Shown: one piece after another, positions 9,747-17,826 of the stretch | Position numbering within the stretch: position 1 is the first letter of the stretch | Layout: each line of letters opens with the position of its first letter | From: Clostridia bacterium | Lineage (GTDB): Bacteria > Bacillota > Clostridia > Oscillospirales > CAG-272 | Assembly: GCA_017455975.1 (NCBI GenBank) | Contig: JAFTLK010000013.1 | Coordinates: 13,362 to 77,361, forward strand | Reading direction: 5' to 3' | DNA length: 64,000 nucleotides | Notes under the pieces: model-generated | The model's database searches: none | The model's input: only the letters and a program-made list of their open reading frames with translations | What the model was told of the DNA's origin: nothing | Program-made: the position numbers and the translations under genes

Positions 9747-10370
9747 ATGCTGTATCACAATCTGATCTGGGACTTTGACGGAACGCTGTTTGACAGCTAT
9801 CCGCACATACAAGGGGCGTATCTGCAGGCACTTGCCGACTTTGGTCGGACGGCAGACCCCGACATTCTGATGGCGAAGCTGAAGATCAACTTCGGCGAGG
9901 CACACAAGTACATCGAGCCGTCGGACGAGCTGCGTGCACGGTTCACGCAGTATGAGCATGATATCGACTTTGCACCAAAAGCTGTCCTGTACGACGGCAT
10001 GAAGGAACTGCTCGCGGATACCCGTGCGGCTGGTGTGCGGCATTTTCTGTTCACGCACCGCAACAACCTTGCGCTGACGTACATGGAACGCGCGGGGATT
10101 CTCGGCTATTTTGATGGCTGGGTGACCTCCGACGATAAAGAACACTTTGCGCTCAAGCCCTCGCCTGCGTCCATTTTGTATCTGCTGGAGCACTACGGCA
10201 TCGACCCGCACGACTGCGCCATGATCGGCGACCGTGAGATCGATGTCGGTTCGGGCATTGCCGCGGGAACGAACGGGATTCTGTTTGATGAGTTTCATAA
10301 TCTCGGGGAGACCAAGGCACAGCACCGGGTGTATTCGGTGGAGGAGATGCGGGGGTTGTTGTTAAAATAA
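9747..10370 (+). CDS. HAD-superfamily phosphatase
   Basis: 207 aa. Motif I is LIWDFDGTLFDS; motif IV-like is MIGDREIDVGSGIAAG. Confidence 0.75.
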   Translation: MLYHNLIWDFDGTLFDSYPHIQGAYLQALADFGRTADPDILMAKLKINFGEAHKYIEPSDELRARFTQYEHDIDFAPKAVLYDGMKELLADTRAAGVRHFLFTHRNNLALTYMERAGILGYFDGWVTSDDKEHFALKPSPASILYLLEHYGIDPHDCAMIGDREIDVGSGIAAGTNGILFDEFHNLGETKAQHRVYSVEEMRGLLLK

Positions 10371-10375
10371 AAATA

Positions 10376-10416
10376 AACGGTACTGTTATCCTTACGGATG
10401 CAGTACCGTTTTTGTT
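10376..10416 (+). terminator. rho-independent terminator of the ROK-SIS-AT3-HAD operon
   Basis: Stem AACGGTACTG (10376-10385) / CAGTACCGTT (10401-10410) followed by TTTT. Confidence 0.75.
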
Positions 10417-10431
10417 GATTTGTAAAGATGT

Positions 10432-11059
10432 TATGTTGTTTTCACTCACGCGTGAATTGCAACTTGAGTATTTATGTACTCAATATCACGCTTGACGCTG
10501 GCAATCCACACTCACGCGTGAATTGCAACATACGAAACGGAATATTTGGGCGATAAAACAGGTACTGGCAATCCACACTCACGCGTGAATTGCAACCATC
10601 TCGTCAAGCAATTCGAGTGCATTTTTGTTGCTGGCAATCCACACTCACGCGTGAATTGCAACTTGTACATAATCATATAACTGATTATTAGCATAACTGG
10701 CAATCCACACTCACGCGTGAATTGCAACACGATCTCCGTGCATCACAGGGCAGCGACGAGTGCTGGCAATCCACACTCACGCGTGAATTGCAACGGCCGG
10801 AAGATGTGTTATAATGATAACAACCACCTGGCAATCCACACTCACGCGTGAATTGCAACAGCAAAGACCGCTAAAAAGACGGTTGAGGAGGTACTGGCAA
10901 TCCACACTCACGCGTGAATTGCAACAGCACACATTCAATATATTGTCAACATTGTTTGATCTGGCAATCCACACTCACGCGTGAATTGCAACTTTACCAC
11001 GGGCGCGGTTCGAGATATGCACGATGGCTGGCAATCCACACTCACGCGTGAATTGCAAC
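10432..11059 (-). CRISPR. CRISPR array: 9 identical 32-nt repeats plus 1 degenerate terminal repeat, 9 unique spacers of 33-35 nt
   Basis: Repeat on the + strand is CTGGCAATCCACACTCACGCGTGAATTGCAAC. Copies start at 10498, 10565, 10631, 10697, 10763, 10828, 10894, 10961 and 11028. The degenerate copy at 10432-10463 keeps only ...TCACTCACGCGTGAATTGCAAC. Within each repeat GCAAT can pair with ATTGC, and there is a TCAcgcgTGA core. The minus-strand orientation is inferred (see findings). Confidence 0.95.
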
Positions 11060-11307
11060 CGTGATACTGCGTTACAATTACGCTTATTTGGTTGTGTGGA
11101 GGCTCCGGTACTGCGATCCTTCTTTATTCCGATTGGAAAATCCCATCAAAAATACTACTGAAATCGGTTCCCGCGCCGTTTACTGTCGATATTCGATAAA
11201 ACGGATACCATATTGACAGTCGGGAGATGCCTGCTCCCGTTTTGCGATTGGAATTTTTCGTGCGAAAGGGTTGGTATTTTTCTGTGTACTTACGGTTCGC
11301 GCAGAAG
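11060..11307 (-). ncRNA. putative tracrRNA / leader region containing an anti-repeat (11071-11108)
   Basis: The + strand reads GTTACAATTACGC (11071-11083)...GTGTGGA (11094-11100) GGCTCCGG. This is a diverged inverted copy of the repeat, 11 nt from the last repeat. Extra hairpins at 11222-11238 and 11182-11192/11210-11220. No ORF. RNA ends are unknown. Confidence 0.45.
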
Positions 11308-12795
11308 TTACGCGACACCGAAACTGGATAAATGCGTTTTGTTTTCGCTCTTCAGGCGAGCAATTTCCATATCATGGAGTTGTTTGAATCGTTCGTAGGT
11401 TTGTTCGCAAAGGGTCTGATCCGGGGATTTTAAGTCGGTGCCTGCGTTCATCAGGAGAAATGCTGCATAAAGGTCGCGCTGAACGGTATCACCGTTTTCG
11501 AGATGTGTTGTTCTTTGACTGAGTTTTTTCTTGTGGTATTGCTTGCTGAGGTGGTCATACTGACTTGCTTTATATTCCCATTTGTCAACCTTATGAAGTC
11601 CTTCCATGCCGCTATTTTTTAACTTGGATTCCAAAATCAAAATCAAGGTGGCAGGCGCTTTGTTTGCAAGGGATTTTCCAAACCGTTTTTTGCGGTTGTA
11701 GCGTCCTTTTGCATTGACTGTGGTTTCTTTGGCGCGTTTCTGCAGGGCTTTGTATTCCATGGGTTCCACATAGATTTCGTTACCCATCTGCAGAATCTCA
11801 TTTGCCAATTCGTAATGCTGCAATTTTCGGATGTCCGCATTTTTGCGCTGTAATTGACGAACCTGCGCGGCGTACCGTTTGTAGTGATTGGAATACGTCC
11901 ATCGCAGTTTGATGCCTCGTTTGATGGTGCCGTCAGCATTGTAATTGTCGGGGTTGGTGCTTCTGCGGCTGGCATCCATTTTTCTCTGCAGATACAGCAT
12001 CCGCTTATGGTTGGTATTGACGCGGTCTGCAAGTTCATAGAGATGTACGCCGCGATCAGATACAATTGCAATACTTTGCGTACCGATGTCAATGCCGACA
12101 CGTCCTTCTTTGACCGTGTGTTTTTTCTTTACAACAGAATTGCCTGCTAAAGTGATCTGTAGATAGTATTTATATCTTGTTTTTACCCATTTTCTGACAA
12201 CACGATAATATTTGTGTTCCAATGAGAGCATTTCGCGTTCATAATCGGTTTGGGGATATGCAACTTTAATCGTTATATTGATAGGGTTCTTGCATTGCCC
12301 GCCGTTCCATGATAAGAGGTGTTCTTTATAGGACATCGAAGTCCCTGCTTTTTGATTGGCAAGGCTATCTAATGTACCGCGACGCTTAAAATGTACACTG
12401 TTTCCGTTTCCGAACAAATACTTATCAAAAGCGCGCCATACATCAGATGCGGTACGGTGGGCAATGTGGGTAGCGATATGTGCAACGAAGTGCTTCTGCA
12501 TTGTTGTAATATCATCTTTGAACGCAAATTCTGAAAAATGATTATCACGCAAAAGTTTGGTGCGTTTGTTATACAGCGGTTTGCGTTTATCTTTTGGAGT
12601 ATCCTGAATTAACTTATCAAGTTCGCGGTATTCCGGCGTTTGCTGTAGCCTGCGCAATTTCTTCAATTCAAAAGAAACGAGAGAATTGTACAGATGCTCC
12701 ATGATTTTGAAGCGTTTTTCAAGAATGTGTTCCTGCCACGGTTCTGTCAGCAAAGGAAGTGTCAGCACTGAACGGGGACCTTCTGATTTTGCCAT
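11308..12795 (-). CDS. TnpB/Cas12-like RuvC RNA-guided nuclease candidate (495 aa), CRISPR-adjacent
   Basis: AAAGGAGAG RBS 7 nt before the ATG at 12795 (MAKSEGPRSVLTLPLLTEPWQEHILEKRF...). RuvC-I is GRVGIDIGTQS (D236), RuvC-II is EIYVEPMEY (E344), RuvC-III is TVQRDLYAAFLL (D441). TnpB-like N-terminus. The track ORF (523 aa) starts further upstream, but that extension has no RBS. Confidence 0.7.
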   Translation of the reverse strand: MAKSEGPRSVLTLPLLTEPWQEHILEKRFKIMEHLYNSLVSFELKKLRRLQQTPEYRELDKLIQDTPKDKRKPLYNKRTKLLRDNHFSEFAFKDDITTMQKHFVAHIATHIAHRTASDVWRAFDKYLFGNGNSVHFKRRGTLDSLANQKAGTSMSYKEHLLSWNGGQCKNPINITIKVAYPQTDYEREMLSLEHKYYRVVRKWVKTRYKYYLQITLAGNSVVKKKHTVKEGRVGIDIGTQSIAIVSDRGVHLYELADRVNTNHKRMLYLQRKMDASRRSTNPDNYNADGTIKRGIKLRWTYSNHYKRYAAQVRQLQRKNADIRKLQHYELANEILQMGNEIYVEPMEYKALQKRAKETTVNAKGRYNRKKRFGKSLANKAPATLILILESKLKNSGMEGLHKVDKWEYKASQYDHLSKQYHKKKLSQRTTHLENGDTVQRDLYAAFLLMNAGTDLKSPDQTLCEQTYERFKQLHDMEIARLKSENKTHLSSFGVA

Positions 12796-12828
12796 CAATA
12801 TCTCTCCTTTCATTAAATATCTATGCTT

Positions 12829-12857
12829 ATTATAGCACGTTATGTAATGAATGTCAA
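12829..12857 (-). promoter_or_regulatory. sigma-70-type promoter of the nuclease gene
   Basis: On the minus strand: TTGACA (12857-12852), 17 nt, TATAAT (12834-12829). Exact consensus, about 27-nt 5' UTR. Confidence 0.7.
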
Positions 12858-12895
12858 GAAAAAGAACTGCCGAAAACATAACTGACGGCAGCTCT
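12858..12895 (-). terminator. rho-independent terminator of the cysteine desulfurase gene
   Basis: Stem AGAGCTGCCG / CGGCAGTTCT (12895-12886 / 12872-12863, one mismatch). It is followed on the minus strand by a TTTTT tract that runs into the -35 box of the nuclease promoter. Confidence 0.65.
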
Positions 12896-12916
12896 TCAAA
12901 TCAATGTTCGTTTTTC

Positions 12917-14101
12917 TCACCGCTTCATTCTCGCAAGCATCTTTATCCCCGTTTTCAGGGCATCGCAGAGGGCGGTGAGCTCCTCCTCGGTGTTGTCTGC
13001 GCACAGGCTGATGCGCAGCGTGGTGTCGGCCTCCGCCTCGGAAAGTCCGAAGCACAGAAGCGCACTCGAAATGCGTCCGCTCTGCGCCGAACATGCGGAG
13101 CCGGAGGAGACAGCAATGCCTTTTCCGGACAGGAAGTTCAGCATCGTTTCGCTCTTGATCTTCGGCATACGCAGGGAGACAATGTGCGGGGCGCGCGCCT
13201 CGGACTGCGGCACATTGACGGCAATGCCGGACAGCGCGGATTCTTCGGCGAGCATCGCGGGCAGACGGTCACGCAGTGCGGTCATGTGTGCGATGTCCGC
13301 ATCCATGGAGGCAGCCCCCTCGGCCGCCGCCGCACCGAAACCGGCGATTCCGGGCAGATTTTCGGTTCCCGAACGGAAGCCGCCCTCCTGTCCGCCGCCG
13401 AAAATGATCGGGGAGACCGCGCGGCGCTTGCACATGTACGGCGAGACGTACAGCGCACCGACGCCCTTCGGACCGTGGATCTTATGCGCCGAAACGGTGA
13501 CAAGATCCGCGCCGAGCGAGGTCGGAGTAAAGGGGATCTTCAGATACCCCTGCACCGCATCGGTATGCACGATGCAGTCGGGATTGACGGATTTTGCATA
13601 ATCGGAAATGGCGCGGATGTCATTGACGGCACCCGTTTCGTTGTTGACGAGCATGACTGTGACAAGGAACGTATCGCGCGTCATTTCGCGGCGGAACTGT
13701 TCCATGTCAAACACGCCGTGTTTTGTCGGAATATAAGCCGCACGGAAGCCCTCCGCCTCCAGTGCTTCCACGGTGCGCAGAACGGCGGGGTGCTCCGAAT
13801 CCGAGGTGATGATCTTGCCGCCGGCAAGCGCCCGTTTGGCATGGGCCGTGCCGGTAATGGCGAGGTTGTCGGCCTCTGTACCCGATGCGGTAAAGATCAG
13901 ATTTTCATCCTTTCCGCCGCGGATGCCGAGGGAGGAGAGTACCTGCTCGCGGGCACGCTTCAATACTGCATGTGCGGCAGTGCCCATTGTATGGCGCGAG
14001 GAGGGATTGCCCCAGATCTCGTCCATGACGGAAAGCATCGCCGCTCTTGCCGCAGGGCACAGGGCGGTCGTTGCGCTGTTGTCAAAATAAACGGTCTGCA
14101 T
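12917..14101 (-). CDS. nifS: cysteine desulfurase (class V aminotransferase, NifS/IscS-like)
   Basis: 394 aa. MQTVYFDNSATT N-terminus, PLP-lysine motif SAHKIHGPKGVGALY, C-terminal SSGSACS active-site Cys loop. Confidence 0.85.
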   Translation of the reverse strand: MQTVYFDNSATTALCPAARAAMLSVMDEIWGNPSSRHTMGTAAHAVLKRAREQVLSSLGIRGGKDENLIFTASGTEADNLAITGTAHAKRALAGGKIITSDSEHPAVLRTVEALEAEGFRAAYIPTKHGVFDMEQFRREMTRDTFLVTVMLVNNETGAVNDIRAISDYAKSVNPDCIVHTDAVQGYLKIPFTPTSLGADLVTVSAHKIHGPKGVGALYVSPYMCKRRAVSPIIFGGGQEGGFRSGTENLPGIAGFGAAAAEGAASMDADIAHMTALRDRLPAMLAEESALSGIAVNVPQSEARAPHIVSLRMPKIKSETMLNFLSGKGIAVSSGSACSAQSGRISSALLCFGLSEAEADTTLRISLCADNTEEELTALCDALKTGIKMLARMKR

Positions 14102-14113
14102 GTTTTTTCTCGA

Positions 14114-14692
14114 TCAGCGGAAATACAGATTTGCAAGGATGGCATTGACATCCTCAAGGTTGGATTCATACGCTTCTGCCGTGGAGGTGTAGGTGATGAT
14201 GTACATCGTAGCGCCGCGCAGGCAGAGCACCTGCATCCACTGGTACTTGACGCCGCCGACCGTTGCGGTATAACGGTACTTCATCGCGTCGGTATGACGG
14301 GTGGTATCCTCATAAGCCGAACCGACGACCACGTCGGAGGGCTCAGGGTCAACCATTGCGAAGTCTGCAAAGGTCGCCGCAAATTCTTCTGCGAACATAT
14401 CCCAGTATGCCTCAATGGAGGTGATCTCCGCCGTCAGCTCATTTGCCGTGACGGTGACGGAGGAGCGCGCCGTATCCTCGGCATATGCGCTGGTCATGCC
14501 GACCGTGGTTTCCACAAGCCAGCTTGCCGGAACGATCAGATCGTAGTCGCCCGCCTCCCCGGCAATGGCCTGCATATCGGATGGAATGGCGATGCCCGCC
14601 TCCGTGACCGACGGAGAACAGGAAACGACGGACAGCGATACGAGGATCACTGTGAGCAGCAGAGAAAGCATTCTTGTAATTTTCATAATCAT
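14114..14692 (-). CDS. hypothetical lipoprotein
   Basis: Signal peptide plus lipobox: MIMKITRMLSLLLTVILVSLSVVSC. No recognisable domain. The start could be 14692 or 14686. Confidence 0.55.
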   Translation of the reverse strand: MIMKITRMLSLLLTVILVSLSVVSCSPSVTEAGIAIPSDMQAIAGEAGDYDLIVPASWLVETTVGMTSAYAEDTARSSVTVTANELTAEITSIEAYWDMFAEEFAATFADFAMVDPEPSDVVVGSAYEDTTRHTDAMKYRYTATVGGVKYQWMQVLCLRGATMYIITYTSTAEAYESNLEDVNAILANLYFR

Positions 14693-14775
14693 TCGGTTTC
14701 CTTCACGAAAATAGTATTGTAACATATATTGTACCGCGATTTTTGCGCAAATTCAATGGGGATTTGTAAATTTTA

Positions 14776-15648
14776 TCAGAACAGCGTCATTTGGTCGGCG
14801 TTTTTCGGAAATTCGTGCAGATAATGAAAGATTTCATCCGGCCGATACAGCACACCGTGCCGCTCGCATTCCTCGTCAAAGATGCGGTACAGCCGGTCGC
14901 GGTTCGGTGAGGGAATATCATACGCATAGCCGAAGGTCGTATGATATTTCCGCTTCAGACCAGGGAAATGGCGGTCGAGCGCGGCGTAGAAGTATTCGCG
15001 GTCGCCCTCACGCAGGGTCAGCCCGAACCCGAAGGTCAGAATGCCCCTCACACCGGCGTCAAAGCAGTAGTCCAGCAGACCGCGCAGATTTTCCTCGGTG
15101 TCGTTGATGAACGGCAGAAACGGCGTCATCCAGACGACGGTCGGAACACCTGCTGAACGGAATCTGCACAGAACGTCATACCGCCGAGCCGTTGTGCAGA
15201 CGTGCGGCTCAAGGATTCTGCACAGCTGCTCGTCATAAGTGGTCAGCGTCATTTCAAGCACGGCTTTTGTGCGGCTGCCTATCTCCGCAAACAGGTCAAG
15301 ATCGCGCAGAACCAGATCGGACTTGGTCTGCACCGCCGCGCCGAAGCCGAGATCACAGATGATCTGCAGGCACTGCCGCGTCAGGCAGAGGTCCTTTTCG
15401 CAGTGCATATACGGGTCGCACATCGCGCCGGTACCGATCATACACGGCTTCCGACGGCGTGTCAGGGCATCGCGGAGCAGCTCCGGCGCGTTCTGCTTGA
15501 CTTCAATGTCCTCAAAGTCATGTGTAAACTGGTAACAGGTACTCCGACTGTCGCAGTAAATGCACCCGTGCGTACAGCCGCGGTAGAGATTCATCCCGCC
15601 GTTTTGCGAAAGGATGCCTTTGGCGTTGACAAAATGCATGGTGTTCAC
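14776..15648 (-). CDS. radical SAM protein (SPL/DNA-photolyase-like family)
   Basis: 290 aa. CxxxCxxC cluster motif in YRGCTHGCIYCDSR. GTG start at 15648, or ATG at 15639. Confidence 0.7.
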   Translation of the reverse strand: MNTMHFVNAKGILSQNGGMNLYRGCTHGCIYCDSRSTCYQFTHDFEDIEVKQNAPELLRDALTRRRKPCMIGTGAMCDPYMHCEKDLCLTRQCLQIICDLGFGAAVQTKSDLVLRDLDLFAEIGSRTKAVLEMTLTTYDEQLCRILEPHVCTTARRYDVLCRFRSAGVPTVVWMTPFLPFINDTEENLRGLLDYCFDAGVRGILTFGFGLTLREGDREYFYAALDRHFPGLKRKYHTTFGYAYDIPSPNRDRLYRIFDEECERHGVLYRPDEIFHYLHEFPKNADQMTLF

Positions 15649-15651
15649 CCG

Positions 15652-17826
15652 TTACAGAACCACAACGCCGAAGCGCTGTTCCATGGCCTCGCGCAGAAGT
15701 ACGTTTTCCGGCTTTTCCAGCATGGGATCAAATGCCGCGATTTCGTCCGCCGCACAGAACGCGCGCTGTAAAAATTCCATATCGTCGCAGAACGACGCAA
15801 TGGCAAACCGCAGTCCCCCCGACTGGCGGACATCATACGAGATCCCGTCCGGATTCGCCGCAAAGAAGTCGCCCGGACCGCGCAGCTCCAGATCCCGTTC
15901 GGCAATTTCGTAGCCGTTGTTCGTTTTGCACATGATCTCAAGCCGCTGCCGTGCCGTCTCGCCCTTGTTGTCGGAGACGAGAATACACCATGATTTATCC
16001 CGTCCGCGGCCGACACGTCCGCGCAGCTGATGCAGCTGGGAAAGCCCGAAATACTCCGCGTTTTCCACAACCATCAGCGTCGCCGTCGGAACGTTGACGC
16101 CGACCTCAATGACCGTGGTCGAGACCAAAATCAGAATCTCGCCCGTGGAGAAGCGGTGCATAATCGCATCCTTCTCGGCGGGCTTCATTTTTCCGTGCAG
16201 GAATCCGACGGGAAGATCGGAGAAAATCTCCTCGGCAAGCGTCTTTGCATAAGCGACGGCCGCCTTCATCGTCGGACGGTCGTCCTGTACCGTCTCCCCG
16301 CCGAGTCCGTCCATCTCCTCGTCCGCTTCATCAATCGCCGGACAGACAATGTAGGTCTGATGTCCCTCCTCCGCTTGCTTGCGGATAAAGCCGTTCAGCC
16401 GCTCACGGTAGGATTCATCGACGGCAAAGGTCGATACCTTTTGGCGTCCGGGCGGCATTTCATCGAGCACCGACATTTCCAGATCCCCGAACAGCATCAG
16501 CGCCATTGTCCGCGGAATCGGCGTGGCGGACATAATCAGCGTGTGGACATTTTCCGCTTTTTTTGCGAGCGCCGCACGCTGACCGACACCGAAGCGGTGC
16601 TGCTCATCCGTGATGACAAGACCGCAGTTGGCAAAGACAACATTGTCTTCAAGCAGAGCATGGGTTCCGATGACCAGCGGCAATGTACCGTCGGCAAGAC
16701 GCGATTTGATTGCGGTTTTCTCTTTTGCTTTCGTGCTGCCGACAAGCAGGGCGCAGTCAAACCCGAGTGTTTCAAACAGCGGCGCCAGGTCTTCATAATG
16801 CTGGGTCGCCAGAATCTCCGTCGGTGCCATGAGTGCCGCCTGATAGCCGTTTTTGAGCGCGATATACAGTGCCGCGGCGGCGCAGACGGTCTTGCCGGAG
16901 CCGACATCGCCCGACAGCAGTCGGTTCATCGGCGACGGCTTCTCCGTCATATCGTGCAGAAATTCACCAATGGAGCGCATCTGTGCACCGGTCAGCGCAT
17001 ACGGCAGCGCATCATAGAACGGGGCCATATCCGGTGCTGTCATCGGGATTGCCGTGCGCAGCTCCTTCCGTGCCCGGCGCTGCCGCAGTCCGAGCGCGAA
17101 CAGCAAGAGTTCCTCAAAGATCAGCCGCTTGCGTGCGGCGTCCAGCGCGGCTTCGTTTTCCGGGATGTGAATGTTGACAGCGGCATACCGTCTGCCGCAG
17201 AGGTTCTGTTCCTCCAAAAGCATCTGCGGGAGCGGGTCGGGAATCTCACGGTCCGCCGGATACACAACCGCCAGCGCCCGCTCGACCGACTGCGCAATCA
17301 GCTTCTGCGTCAGACCGGAGGTCACACGGTAGATCGGATAAATGGCGGGCAGGGTCGAGCCGTCACCTGGATCGGCGGCATTCAGCGGCTCATGCTTTGG
17401 AGAGGTCATGGACAGCCGTCCGCCGGTGGTCTTCTCACAGCGTCCGAAAAAGCGGTGTGATGCGCCGACGGCAAACGCGTCGCGCAGATACGGCTGATTG
17501 AAGTAGGTGATCTGCACCGTGCCCGTCTCGTCAAAGGCGGTAAAGCGCGTCAGCACCATGCCGCGGCGGATCGTCGTGACCTTCGGCTGGGTTCCGATGG
17601 TCAGAACGAGCGACACAGGCTCGCCGTGATTGCAGCCGCTCTCCAGCGCCTCCGCGACCGTCGTTGTCTTTCCTCGGTTTTCATAGGTGCGCGGATAATG
17701 GCGGCACAAATCAGACAGCGTCTCAATGCCGAGCTTTGCAAACAGCGCGGCGCGTGTCTCGGAAATGCCGGGCAGCGCATATACCGGACTGTCCGGTGTC
17801 AGGGTTGTCGGTTTTTTCGGCGGCAT
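15652..17826 (-). CDS. recG: ATP-dependent DNA helicase RecG
   Basis: AGGAGG RBS before the ATG at 17826 (MPPKKPTT...). Helicase motif I is GDVGSGKT, then DEQHRFGV and SATPIPRT. RecG wedge-domain N-terminus. The track ORF extends to 17991 without support. Confidence 0.9.
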   Translation of the reverse strand: MPPKKPTTLTPDSPVYALPGISETRAALFAKLGIETLSDLCRHYPRTYENRGKTTTVAEALESGCNHGEPVSLVLTIGTQPKVTTIRRGMVLTRFTAFDETGTVQITYFNQPYLRDAFAVGASHRFFGRCEKTTGGRLSMTSPKHEPLNAADPGDGSTLPAIYPIYRVTSGLTQKLIAQSVERALAVVYPADREIPDPLPQMLLEEQNLCGRRYAAVNIHIPENEAALDAARKRLIFEELLLFALGLRQRRARKELRTAIPMTAPDMAPFYDALPYALTGAQMRSIGEFLHDMTEKPSPMNRLLSGDVGSGKTVCAAAALYIALKNGYQAALMAPTEILATQHYEDLAPLFETLGFDCALLVGSTKAKEKTAIKSRLADGTLPLVIGTHALLEDNVVFANCGLVITDEQHRFGVGQRAALAKKAENVHTLIMSATPIPRTMALMLFGDLEMSVLDEMPPGRQKVSTFAVDESYRERLNGFIRKQAEEGHQTYIVCPAIDEADEEMDGLGGETVQDDRPTMKAAVAYAKTLAEEIFSDLPVGFLHGKMKPAEKDAIMHRFSTGEILILVSTTVIEVGVNVPTATLMVVENAEYFGLSQLHQLRGRVGRGRDKSWCILVSDNKGETARQRLEIMCKTNNGYEIAERDLELRGPGDFFAANPDGISYDVRQSGGLRFAIASFCDDMEFLQRAFCAADEIAAFDPMLEKPENVLLREAMEQRFGVVVL

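Noticed and set aside
10432-11059. Plus-strand orientation of the CRISPR array, based on the ATTGCAAC 3' end resembling the ATTGAAA(C/G) motif of type I/III repeats
   Set aside because: Three things favour minus-strand transcription. The degenerate repeat is at the 10432 end. The nuclease gene is co-directional. The anti-repeat pairs G-U on the minus strand versus A-C on the plus strand. The orientation remains unproven without RNA data.
11308-12879. The 523-aa version of the nuclease ORF, starting MFSAVLFLDIHYITCYNKHRYLMKGEILMAK...
   Set aside because: The extra 28 codons overlap the -10 box and the predicted 5' UTR. The only good RBS (AAAGGAGAG) sits 7 nt before the internal ATG at 12795, so I use the 495-aa form.
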